A stretch of 64,000 bases of DNA from Longimicrobiales bacterium. Its GTDB lineage: Bacteria > Gemmatimonadota > Gemmatimonadetes > Longimicrobiales > Gaopeijiaceae. Under the pieces are notes generated by a model. That model was not told the DNA's origin, ran no database searches, and worked only from the letters and a program-made list of their open reading frames with translations. The DNA lies in the NCBI GenBank assembly GCA_963422615.1, contig OY730414.1, positions 868,001 to 932,000 of the forward strand, in the 5' to 3' direction. Shown here piece after piece: positions 44,006 to 52,825 of this stretch. The position numbers were made by a program, and so were the translations under genes. Within the stretch, counting starts at the first letter, position 1. Each line of letters opens with the position of its first letter.

Positions 44006-45574
44006 ATGCAACGCGCGCCCAAGCGAATTCTGTGGGTGGACGATGAGATCGGCCTCTTGCGTCCGCACCTTTTCTTCCTTCAGCAGAGGGGGTACCACGT
44101 TGACGCCATCTCCAACGGGGATGATGCCTTGGCCCTGCTGCGGGGCCGCGCCTACGACCTGATCCTCCTGGACGAACAGATGCCCGGGCGCCGGGGCCTG
44201 GAAGTCCTGAAGGTCATCCGGCAGGACGATCCCCACGCCCGAGTCGTCATGGTGACCAAGTCGGAAGACGACCACACCATGACCGAGGCCATCGGGCGTC
44301 ACGTGAAGGACTATCTGGTGAAGCCCACGAGCCCCCGCCAGGTTCTGTCCGTCGTTACGCGTATCCTGGAGGGGTCGTCAATCCGGCAGCAGCGGGCAGC
44401 CCAGGACTTTGCGGCCCGGTGGCCGGCCCTGGCCCAACAGCGGGAGCAGGCGTCCACGGGGGACGCCTTTGCCCGGGTGTACCAGGAGTTGGTGGACTGG
44501 CATCTTCGTCTGGAGGAAGCCGGCGAAACCGGCCTGCTGGGCACGGTGGACGCTCTCCAAGAAGATCTGCGCCACGACTTCGGCCGCTGGGTGGTCCGGG
44601 AATACCCCCGCTGGGTTCGAGGGGAAAAATCCCGGCCGGAGCTGTCGGTGGACGTCGTGCAACGGCGCCTCCTGCCCCTCCTGGGTTCGGATCCGGTTTT
44701 CTTCGTGGTGCTGGACTGCATGAGGCTGGATCAGTGGCGGACCATCACGCCCCTCCTGGGCGAACTCTTCGAAATTGAGGAAGGCCTCCACTACTCCATC
44801 CTTCCCACCGCCACCCCCTACGCCAGAAATGCGATCTTCTCGGGCTTGTACCCCGACGAAATCGCCGCCTCCCGACCCGGGTGGTGGGACGCCTCCGACG
44901 ACGAGGGGTCCCTCAACGCCTTCGAAGATGACCTCCTCCGGGAACAGCTGCGCCGCTTGACGGGCCGGGATGTCCCGGTCCACTACGAGAAAGTCTTCAC
45001 GGATCGGAAGGCGGACCGGGTACTCGGGCGGGTGCGCTCGGCCGCGGGAGTGCCGGGCTCGGTGGTCACGCTGGTGTTCAACTTCGTGGACCTCATGACC
45101 CACGGGCGCTCCGAGTCACCGATTCTCATGGAAGTGGCCAAGGACGCGGCGGCCCTGAGGAAGCTGACCCGCTCCTGGTTCGAGCGTTCCACGGCGTTTT
45201 CGGTTCTGAAGGCGGCGGCGGCCCGAGGGCACCCCGTGCTCCTCGCCACCGACCACGGCTCCATCCACTGCCGTCGGCCCGCCACGGTCTTTGCCCGCCG
45301 GGACGCGACCTCCAATCTCCGCTACAAGTTCGGGGTGCGGCTGCGAACCTCCGATCCGAAAGCTGCCTTTGCCACGACCCGAGCGGCCGACCTGCGCCTC
45401 CCGGAAGGGAGCCCCGGCATGACCTGCCTGGTGGCTCTGGAAGATTACTTCTTCGTGTACCCGACCAAGCTCCGGGAATACCAGCGACGGTACCGGAATT
45501 CGTTTCTGCACGGCGGAATCTCGCCCGAGGAGATGATCGTCACGGCGGCGACGCTCAAACCCCGGCACCGGTGA
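44006..45574 (+). CDS. PorX-like response regulator (receiver plus PglZ/alkaline-phosphatase domain)
   Basis: WVDDE...DEQMPG...K receiver; LDCMRLDQW, ILPTATPYARN, TDHG, HGGIS PglZ motifs. Confidence 0.9.
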   Translation: MQRAPKRILWVDDEIGLLRPHLFFLQQRGYHVDAISNGDDALALLRGRAYDLILLDEQMPGRRGLEVLKVIRQDDPHARVVMVTKSEDDHTMTEAIGRHVKDYLVKPTSPRQVLSVVTRILEGSSIRQQRAAQDFAARWPALAQQREQASTGDAFARVYQELVDWHLRLEEAGETGLLGTVDALQEDLRHDFGRWVVREYPRWVRGEKSRPELSVDVVQRRLLPLLGSDPVFFVVLDCMRLDQWRTITPLLGELFEIEEGLHYSILPTATPYARNAIFSGLYPDEIAASRPGWWDASDDEGSLNAFEDDLLREQLRRLTGRDVPVHYEKVFTDRKADRVLGRVRSAAGVPGSVVTLVFNFVDLMTHGRSESPILMEVAKDAAALRKLTRSWFERSTAFSVLKAAAARGHPVLLATDHGSIHCRRPATVFARRDATSNLRYKFGVRLRTSDPKAAFATTRAADLRLPEGSPGMTCLVALEDYFFVYPTKLREYQRRYRNSFLHGGISPEEMIVTAATLKPRHR

Positions 45575-47391
45575 CGCCCCCGCTCGTTCGCAGGATTCTG
45601 TCCTGCCTGAAGCCGCACCGGGGCACCTTTCTTCTTGCCGGGGCCGCGGGAGCCGTCTATGCCGCCCTCGACGCCTTCTCGTTCGTCCTGCTGATTCCGT
45701 TCCTGGAATCGGTGTTCGGAGGGCAGGAGGGAGCAGGGCAAGGCGAAGGGTCCGGGAGTACCCGGATCCGAGGCGCCTTGAACGCCACCGTCGGCCGCTT
45801 TGTTGACCTGGGAGGCGATCCCCAGGCGGTCGTAAGCGGGGTCATCGTCTTCATCGTGGTCGTGGTCGCGTGCAAGAATGTGATGGACTTTCTCGGGGCC
45901 TACCTGAGTGCCAGGGTTGAGCAGGGGGTGACCCGGGATCTTCGCAACCGCGTCTACTCCCACCTCCTGGAACTTGACCTGGCCTTCTTTGGACGCACCC
46001 GGACGGGACAAGTCATCTCCCGTCTTACCCACGATGTGGAACAGCTCCGGGCCTTGGTCGCCCAGGAACTCGCCAAGGCTCTGGCGGCCGTTCTACAGTT
46101 CGGGTTAGTGCTCTTCGTGATGCTCCAGATCTCGGTCCGGCTCACGGCTGCGGCTTTTGTGGTGGTTCCCCTCACGATGATAATCTGGGGACCCTTGGTC
46201 CGACGCTTGAGGCGGAGGGACCGAAGGGTGCTGAACCTGGCCGGCGAAGTCAGCGCCCGCATCCAGGAGACCGTATCGGGAATCCGCTTGGTCAAATCCG
46301 CTTCCGCCGAGGCCGGGGAGCGGAACCGCTTCCAGGATCTGACGGACCGATACTTCGGTGCCTTCATGCGAACGGTCCGTCTCCGCGCCCTTGCCCGCCC
46401 GGTCACCGAGTTTCTGGTTGTTCTGGGCACGGCGGCTCTTCTCTGGTACGGCGCCAGGATGGTGGTGTTGGAAGGCTCCTTAGGTGGGGAGGCTTTCCTG
46501 GTTTTCATTGCGCTGAGCACCCGGCTGTACTCACCAGTCAAGTACCTGAGCAAGCTGCCGGCCTTGGTGCAGCCAGGGCTCGCCGGGGCCGAGCGGGTTT
46601 TCGAGTTTCTGGACGCGCCGGTGGAGATCGGGGACCGGGAGGGCGCCGTTCCCTTTATCGGCGTGGAAAGGGGGATTCGCTACCGAGGCGTCCGTCTGGA
46701 TTACCGGAAGGGCGACCCGGTGCTCCGAAATCTGGACTTCTACGTCCCGAAGGGCTCCGTGGCCGCGCTTGTGGGTCCCAGCGGGGGCGGGAAGACCAGC
46801 ATCGTCGATCTCCTCGGGCGATTCTACGATCCTACGGAAGGGACCATCGAGATTGACGGCACCGATGTGCGGGACTTCCGCCTTGCCACCCTGAGGCAGA
46901 GCCTGGGGGTCGTGTCCCAGCACACCATCCTCTTCCACGACACCGTGCACGCAAACATCGCCTACGGGACGGCGTCTGCCACCGGGGAGCAGATCCGAGC
47001 GGCGGCGAAGGCGGCCCACGCCCACGACTTCGTCGCGGGCCTTCCCGAAGGGTACGAAACGGTCGTTGGGGAGCGGGGCGCTTCTCTGTCGGGTGGGGAG
47101 CGTCAGCGGATCGCCATCGCGCGGGCGATCCTTCGGGACCCTCCCATCCTGGTGCTGGACGAGGCCACGAGCGCCCTGGATGCCGAGTCCGAGTACATGG
47201 TGCAGGAAGCCATGGAGCGGCTTCTGGCCGGGCGCACCGTGTTCGTGGTCGCCCACCGCCTTTCCACGATCCGTCGTGCCGACGTGATCTTCGTGGTGGA
47301 TGGGGGCCGCATCGTTCAACAGGGAAGCCACGCGTCTCTGCTGGAAGAAGGTGGCCTCTACCGCCACCTTCGGGATCTCCAGTTTCGTTGA
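45571..47391 (+). CDS. MsbA-like ABC exporter (TMD plus NBD)
   Basis: GPSGGGKT, LSGGERQR, LDEATSALD, AHRLST. Confidence 0.93.
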   Translation: MTPPLVRRILSCLKPHRGTFLLAGAAGAVYAALDAFSFVLLIPFLESVFGGQEGAGQGEGSGSTRIRGALNATVGRFVDLGGDPQAVVSGVIVFIVVVVACKNVMDFLGAYLSARVEQGVTRDLRNRVYSHLLELDLAFFGRTRTGQVISRLTHDVEQLRALVAQELAKALAAVLQFGLVLFVMLQISVRLTAAAFVVVPLTMIIWGPLVRRLRRRDRRVLNLAGEVSARIQETVSGIRLVKSASAEAGERNRFQDLTDRYFGAFMRTVRLRALARPVTEFLVVLGTAALLWYGARMVVLEGSLGGEAFLVFIALSTRLYSPVKYLSKLPALVQPGLAGAERVFEFLDAPVEIGDREGAVPFIGVERGIRYRGVRLDYRKGDPVLRNLDFYVPKGSVAALVGPSGGGKTSIVDLLGRFYDPTEGTIEIDGTDVRDFRLATLRQSLGVVSQHTILFHDTVHANIAYGTASATGEQIRAAAKAAHAHDFVAGLPEGYETVVGERGASLSGGERQRIAIARAILRDPPILVLDEATSALDAESEYMVQEAMERLLAGRTVFVVAHRLSTIRRADVIFVVDGGRIVQQGSHASLLEEGGLYRHLRDLQFR

Positions 47392-48401
47392 GTTGGGGCT
47401 CCTCCCTTCGGCACCGCTTCGAATACGGTGCCTTCCGGGTCGTAGAGGGCATCTGCAGGGTCCTTCCGGAAGTGCTGGCGGATCGGGCGGGGGCGGCCAT
47501 AGGCTGGGTGGTCGCCCGAGTGGCGCCCCCGCGCTGGGGGGTTGTGTCCAGCCAGCTGGAGCTGGCCTTTCCCGAGGCCGGGAGGGACTGGCGCCGCCGG
47601 GTGGCCCGGCGCAGCTACGTGCATCTGGGAGCCGAAATGGTGGCTATGTTCCGCCTGGCCCGCATCGGAAGCCGGAAGCTCCGATCCCGGGCCCGGGTGA
47701 CGGGGCTCGAGGTAATGGAGGAAGCGGTGGGGAGGGGGCGCGGCGTCGTATTGGTCAGTGGACACGTGGGGAATTGGGAGCTGGGGGCCGCTGCTCTGTG
47801 TGCCCGAGGGTTCGCGATGGACGCTGTCGTGGCTCGGCAGCGCAACCCGCTCTTCGACCGCTACCTGACCCGCTCTCGGGAGAGATTCGGCTTCAAGGTG
47901 GTCCCGCGGGGGGAAGCGAGGCGACGACTCTTGGCATCGCTAAGAGCCGGGCGGGTCGTGGGGATCCTGGGTGACCAGGACGCCCGGCAATCCGGTGTCT
48001 TCGTCGACTTCTTCGGTCGCCCGGCGTCCACGGCCCGGGGGGCGGCTGTCCTGGCCCTGAGAACCGACGCCCTGATGGTGACCGAATTCTCGATTCGTCG
48101 ACCGGGCTGGAGGCCTGCATACGATGTGCGCATCGAGACTCTGGAGGTGGAACGCAGCGGAAACTTGGCGGATGACGTGGTTTCCCTGACCCAGGCGTTC
48201 ACCGTCCGGTTGGAGGACTTGATCCGGGAGCACCCTGCACAATACTTCTGGCTTCACCGGCGCTGGAAGACGGCCCCGCCGCCTCGAGTTGGCGGGCTGG
48301 GAGGACGACCATCCAGACATCCGGGATCGGGCCTCTCCACCAGGGGTACCGGCACAACTGGGAGTCCCCCCGAACAGCCGCGGAACCATGATTCGACGTA
48401 A
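47388..48401 (+). CDS. LpxL/HtrB-family lipid A/lysophospholipid acyltransferase
   Basis: HVGNWE, DQD, FFG, HPAQYFWLHRRWK. Confidence 0.9.
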   Translation: MSWGSSLRHRFEYGAFRVVEGICRVLPEVLADRAGAAIGWVVARVAPPRWGVVSSQLELAFPEAGRDWRRRVARRSYVHLGAEMVAMFRLARIGSRKLRSRARVTGLEVMEEAVGRGRGVVLVSGHVGNWELGAAALCARGFAMDAVVARQRNPLFDRYLTRSRERFGFKVVPRGEARRRLLASLRAGRVVGILGDQDARQSGVFVDFFGRPASTARGAAVLALRTDALMVTEFSIRRPGWRPAYDVRIETLEVERSGNLADDVVSLTQAFTVRLEDLIREHPAQYFWLHRRWKTAPPPRVGGLGGRPSRHPGSGLSTRGTGTTGSPPEQPRNHDST

Positions 48402-48456
48402 GGCCTATTAGGGAGGCATCGGCAGTGGATCCGACTCTGGAGGCGAACGGCCTACC

Positions 48457-49251
48457 ATGATCAATTTCTGCATCCCCAGCCGGGACGAGGACCGCACCAT
48501 CGGGGTTTTGCTCTGGAAAATCCGAGAGGTGATGCTGGACCTGAAGCGGGACTACCGGGCGTTTGTCTTTGACGACGGCTCTCGCGACGGCACCCGGAAC
48601 TTGCTGGAAAAGTACAAGCGAGTCCTTCCCCTAACGGTCATGGGGACGAAGCGGCCCGTCGGCTACGGTTCCGCCGTGGAGCAGCTCCTGCGGATGGCTT
48701 CGGGAAAGACGAGCTACCCCAGGCGAGATGCCATCGTTACCATGCAGGGCGACTTCACGGAACACCCGGCGCACCTGCCGACGCTCATCAGGACCTTCGA
48801 GGGAGGTGCCGACATCGTGGCTGGCAGGCCGGAAGAGGCGGGGAGATCGGGAGAGGGTGCAGCCGGGCTGGGCCGGGGGGGCGGGAGTCATCCCCCGCTG
48901 GGGGTTCGGGTTTCCCGTCGCCTTGGGCGTTTCCTCCTGCGGGAGGCCCCGGTGGGTAGTTTCGGGGGTGATCCCCTTTGCGGCTTCCGGGTGTACCGGG
49001 TCGTCGTGGTGAAGAACGCGTTAAGGACCGTCCGGAGCGGACCCCTTCTAACCCGGGACGGCTGGGCCGCCAACGCCGAACTTCTGAACATCCTTGCCCC
49101 TTTCGCCCGCCGTGTCGCCGAAGTGCCCGTGCAGATGCGCTACGACATCCGCCAAAGACCGACCCGGGTGCGGGTCTTCCCGACGGTTCGGGAAGTCCTG
49201 CGCGTTCGAAAGGTCCCGCCGCTGGAACCCGGGGGCCGGCGTGCGGCCTGA
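48457..49251 (+). CDS. Glycosyltransferase family 2
   Basis: DDGSRDGT, MQGD, DIVAG, DPLCGFR. Confidence 0.85.
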   Translation: MINFCIPSRDEDRTIGVLLWKIREVMLDLKRDYRAFVFDDGSRDGTRNLLEKYKRVLPLTVMGTKRPVGYGSAVEQLLRMASGKTSYPRRDAIVTMQGDFTEHPAHLPTLIRTFEGGADIVAGRPEEAGRSGEGAAGLGRGGGSHPPLGVRVSRRLGRFLLREAPVGSFGGDPLCGFRVYRVVVVKNALRTVRSGPLLTRDGWAANAELLNILAPFARRVAEVPVQMRYDIRQRPTRVRVFPTVREVLRVRKVPPLEPGGRRAA

Positions 49252-50185
49252 GGCGCGGTGGGTCGGTTTCCTTCGGTCGGCGACTCGGGCGCTGGCCTGG
49301 GTCTCCCGGGGGGCGGCGGCCTTCGCGGGAACCCCGGGGCGTGGGCTGGCGGGGTCGGTTCTCTTTCTCTTCGCTTTTGTCCCCGCGGCGTTTACCCAGC
49401 AAGTCGCCCTGCTGCGGGATTCGATAGCCGCACCAGCTCCCGCGGCCCTTCCGATTCCGTTCGAGCTGGGAGAGAACATGAAGTACAAGGTCAAGGCCGG
49501 CGTGTTTTCGATCGGGGAGGCTCGGATGACCGTTGCGCGGATCGACACGATCCACAACGTTCCCGTCTACGCCGCGGAGTGGCACATTCAGGGGGGCGTT
49601 CCGATGTACCGCATGGATTCGAAATTCCAGACCTGGATGGACACGGAGACCTTGGTTTCCCGCCGGTTCATCAAGGACCAGCACGAGGGGGGCCGAAGGC
49701 GCTATCGGGAGTTTGAGTTTTTTCCGGAGGAGCGGCGGTGGCACCGCATTGACTACGACAGCACGGGGACGCTGCCCACCTCTTTTCCCCTGGACGACAT
49801 TTCGTTCGTGTACTTTGCCCGAACGCTTCCGCTGGACGTCGGCAAGATCTACACCTTCAACCGCTACTACAAGGACGAGGGTAACCCCGTCGTGCTGGAG
49901 GTTTTGCGCAAAGATCGGCGGAAGGTAGGCGCTGGCGAATTCAACACCATTGTGGTCAGGCCGGTCATCCGGACTCGAGGTTTCTTCTCGGAGGGGGGGG
50001 AGGCCGAAATCCACTTTTCCGACGACGAGCGACGGCTCCTGGTGTACATGAAGACCCGTCTACCGGGAATGAATCTGACCTTACACCTGGAGGAGATTGA
50101 GGACGCCACCTTGATCGGCAGCGGGGAACGATCCGACCGAGATCGGGAGATGCGGACTGGGCAAACGGCGGAGCCGCCACCCTGA
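49241..50185 (+). CDS. DUF3108 domain-containing protein
   Basis: PF..GE...Y, D.ISFVYFAR, V.AGEF, WFSDD-like HFSDDERRL. Confidence 0.8.
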   Translation: MRPEARWVGFLRSATRALAWVSRGAAAFAGTPGRGLAGSVLFLFAFVPAAFTQQVALLRDSIAAPAPAALPIPFELGENMKYKVKAGVFSIGEARMTVARIDTIHNVPVYAAEWHIQGGVPMYRMDSKFQTWMDTETLVSRRFIKDQHEGGRRRYREFEFFPEERRWHRIDYDSTGTLPTSFPLDDISFVYFARTLPLDVGKIYTFNRYYKDEGNPVVLEVLRKDRRKVGAGEFNTIVVRPVIRTRGFFSEGGEAEIHFSDDERRLLVYMKTRLPGMNLTLHLEEIEDATLIGSGERSDRDREMRTGQTAEPPP

Positions 50186-50193
50186 AGCCGGGA

Positions 50194-50745
50194 TTGCGGT
50201 GGGTTCGGCTCCGGACGCCCTGGCTTCTCTTCATCTGTTTTCTGTGGCTGGCCCGCCCGGTTCCACGTTCCCTGTGGGTTGGCGGTGCGATCGTCCTTGC
50301 AGGGCTCTTCGTTCGCGGGTGGGCCGCGGGTGTTCTGGACAAGGATCGGGAACTGGTGGTCTGGGGTCCCTACGCCTACACACGGAACCCGCTCTACCTG
50401 GGTAGCTTCGTTATCGGACTCGGTGCCGTGGCTGCCGGAGGTCGCTTGTGGTTTGCCCTCGTCTTTGCGGTCTTCTTTGCCTTTGCCTACGGACAGGCGA
50501 TGGTCCAGGAAGAAAGGACGCTGGAGCAGCGATTCGGTGCCCGTTACCGCCGCTATGCACAGGCCGTTCCCAATTTCGTTCCTTGGCGGAGACGCTACCG
50601 CTCGCCCGATGGCTTTGGCGGTAAGAGAAGGTCTTTTTCCCTGGCCCGCTACAAGCGAAACAAGGAGTACGAAGCCGCTCTGGGTGCCCTGGCGGGGTTC
50701 CTATTCCTGACGCTGAAGATGTTGGTCTGGCCGAACTTCTCATGA
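50194..50745 (+). CDS. Isoprenylcysteine carboxyl methyltransferase/PEMT family membrane protein
   Basis: GPYAYTRNPLYLG, EERTLEQRFG..Y..Y...VP. Confidence 0.88.
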   Translation: MRWVRLRTPWLLFICFLWLARPVPRSLWVGGAIVLAGLFVRGWAAGVLDKDRELVVWGPYAYTRNPLYLGSFVIGLGAVAAGGRLWFALVFAVFFAFAYGQAMVQEERTLEQRFGARYRRYAQAVPNFVPWRRRYRSPDGFGGKRRSFSLARYKRNKEYEAALGALAGFLFLTLKMLVWPNFS

Positions 50746-50873
50746 CGTCGAGCCGACCCCGGAATGGGCTTGGGCATTCCCTTTACGTCTACCGTTTCCT
50801 TGTTCACGTCCGTAGGCACAACTTGTGCGAAGATAGCAACTGTGCATTGCTGCACCGGCCTTGGTGGCCCTGA

Positions 50874-51467
50874 ATGTTATCGTTGGCAGGTGCCGTGTTA
50901 GCGCCCATTGTTGGCGCCTTCCTCTACCGCTGGCTGCACGGACGTCCCGGCACCGTCCGACTGTTTGACACATTCATGTATGTTGCGATTCCGGCGCTCG
51001 TCGTCTTGCAGACGGTTCCACACGCATGGGAGCGGTACGGCGCCTTGGTCTTTCTTGCCCTCTTTCTGGGAATCGCCGTTCCTTCCCTGATGGAGCGGGT
51101 GTCGCGCGTTCTCGCCCGACACACCGACGGCATCGCGCTTATTGCGGGCTTCTCCGGGATTGCCGTGCATGCGGTCCTGGAGGGCGGCGCCCTGGCTCTT
51201 GGCGATACCGGGCTCGCATTTCCTTTGGTTCTACACCGGGTTCTGGAAGGGCTCGCGATTTGGTGGCTGCTTGAGCCCAGGTATGGTTTTCGGGGAGGAG
51301 TGTCGGGTCTGTGCGTGCTCCTCCTTGCCACCGTTGGCGGATATGCCGCCGGTACGGTCCTCTTCGCAGAGCCAAGCGGTCCTGTAGATCTCTACCAAGC
51401 GTTCGTAGGCGGTTCGCTGGTGCACGTGGTCTTTCACCAGAGCCGACATGATCACGCGCATGATTGA
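50874..51467 (+). CDS. Membrane protein with ZIP-like His motifs
   Basis: Multiple TM segments; HAVLEG, LHRVLEG, GSLVHV, His-rich tail. Confidence 0.7.
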   Translation: MLSLAGAVLAPIVGAFLYRWLHGRPGTVRLFDTFMYVAIPALVVLQTVPHAWERYGALVFLALFLGIAVPSLMERVSRVLARHTDGIALIAGFSGIAVHAVLEGGALALGDTGLAFPLVLHRVLEGLAIWWLLEPRYGFRGGVSGLCVLLLATVGGYAAGTVLFAEPSGPVDLYQAFVGGSLVHVVFHQSRHDHAHD

Positions 51468-52549
51468 GGGGGGGCTGATGGCGAAGATGAGCCTTGTGAC
51501 GGCCGGGCGGTCACTCACGCTTCCGGCGGACTGGGGGAGGCTGCCCGATTGACCCGGGCGAGGAAGACCTCTGTACGCCTTTGCCGCACGACAATCCGAA
51601 GCGGCGGCCCGAGCCCGGGAAGACAAGCCGCAGAGGATGCACCACCTCTTTGAAGCAGGCGAGGGCCGGGAAGATGTTGCTGCGGCAGATCGCTTTTGTC
51701 ATGGATCAGGCTTGGACAAGTCGGTGTGGTAGTCCTGTACTTGCCTTCTGCTGTGCCCATGAGGCCGGCGGCGCGCCTGATTCCCTCCGGTAGATGTCGG
51801 TGGAAGGGGAGGTGCCCCCGTCAACGTCGTCGTTCACAGCGATGAGGTGTAACATACCTGTGCGTCCTTTCGGTGGAACGGAGCACATCTTGCGGGTACG
51901 CTCCGGCCTCGTCAAGGCTGCGCGCTCACTCCGGGCGTGCACTCCCCTAACGAGCCGAACGGACCGGGTCCTTTGGACTTGTCCTTGCGTTTCCGGCGTA
52001 TCTCACGCCCCTGTTGAGGGAGTGCCGAGTCGCTTTACCGGAGGCGCACAAGCGTGCGCACTACCGTTGCGGCCATGGTCTCCGTATCCGTAGAACGGGC
52101 ACCAGGAGACCATGGAGGAGACTGGTGGATTGCTGGCGGGAGCTGCGGTTCGCGATGTGAGGCGGCGGTGGTAAATTGTATGTTTTCCGATCCTATTCCT
52201 TTTGTTGAGGAGGCGGTGACTGCGGGGGCTTGCCTAACTTGATTGGATCGGTAAGGACAAGTCTGTCCGAACTCCCTTCAAGATCTGTTGCCGCGGGGGT
52301 TCTTGCCGTTCCAGATCTCTCTGTCGCCTCTCGTTCTTCTTGAAGGCTTGTTCGCCACTACGAGCCGGCCGGGGCTGGAGCCGGCTTGTTTACGACGAAG
52401 TCCAGTCGCCGATTCTTCTCGTTTAGGTGTGCCTGCCGGTTGTCAGGTGCCTCCCGGCGGTTATGGCTGCCCACGCAGGGGGTCATACGGAAGCGATGGT
52501 GGGTTTAGTTCCCGTCACGCCGTCCGCCGCAAAGCGAGAATTGATGGGG

Positions 52550-52584
52550 GCTTCAGTGGTCCCAAGCCAGGCTGACTTGGTTTG
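52550..52584 (-). repeat. Solitary diverged CRISPR-repeat-like unit
   Basis: Minus strand CAAA-CCAAGTCA-GCC-TGGCTTGG-GACC-ACTGAAGC has the same 4/8-bp stem/12 layout as the array repeat and a 7/8 match to its ATTGAAGC handle. Confidence 0.4.
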
Positions 52585-52825
52585 GCTGGGTTGTTCCGGA
52601 AACCATCATGTCAGCCATTATCGGCACGACGGTTTTTCGATTTCGCGGGGATGAACGCAAGTCGGGGTCGCTAGTCGAAATCGTTGAGCGTCGTTGTCAT
52701 GTTCATGTATTGACGGGTGGCCGTCCTGGCGGTGGTTGTGTGGCGGTGGAGGGAAGGTGCAGCGGACATCCTTTCCGTCTCGCAACGGAATGCTTGGCCT
52801 TTGCCACTTTGGATGATGTGAGCTT

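Noticed and set aside
51500..51900. TnpB-like remnant suggested by SKRWCILCG
   Set aside because: No RuvC motifs or second Cys pair in frame; family cannot be supported
52644..52657. CGCGGGGATGAAC resembling the 3' half of a type I-E repeat
   Set aside because: Single partial match without the complementary stem half or any repetition
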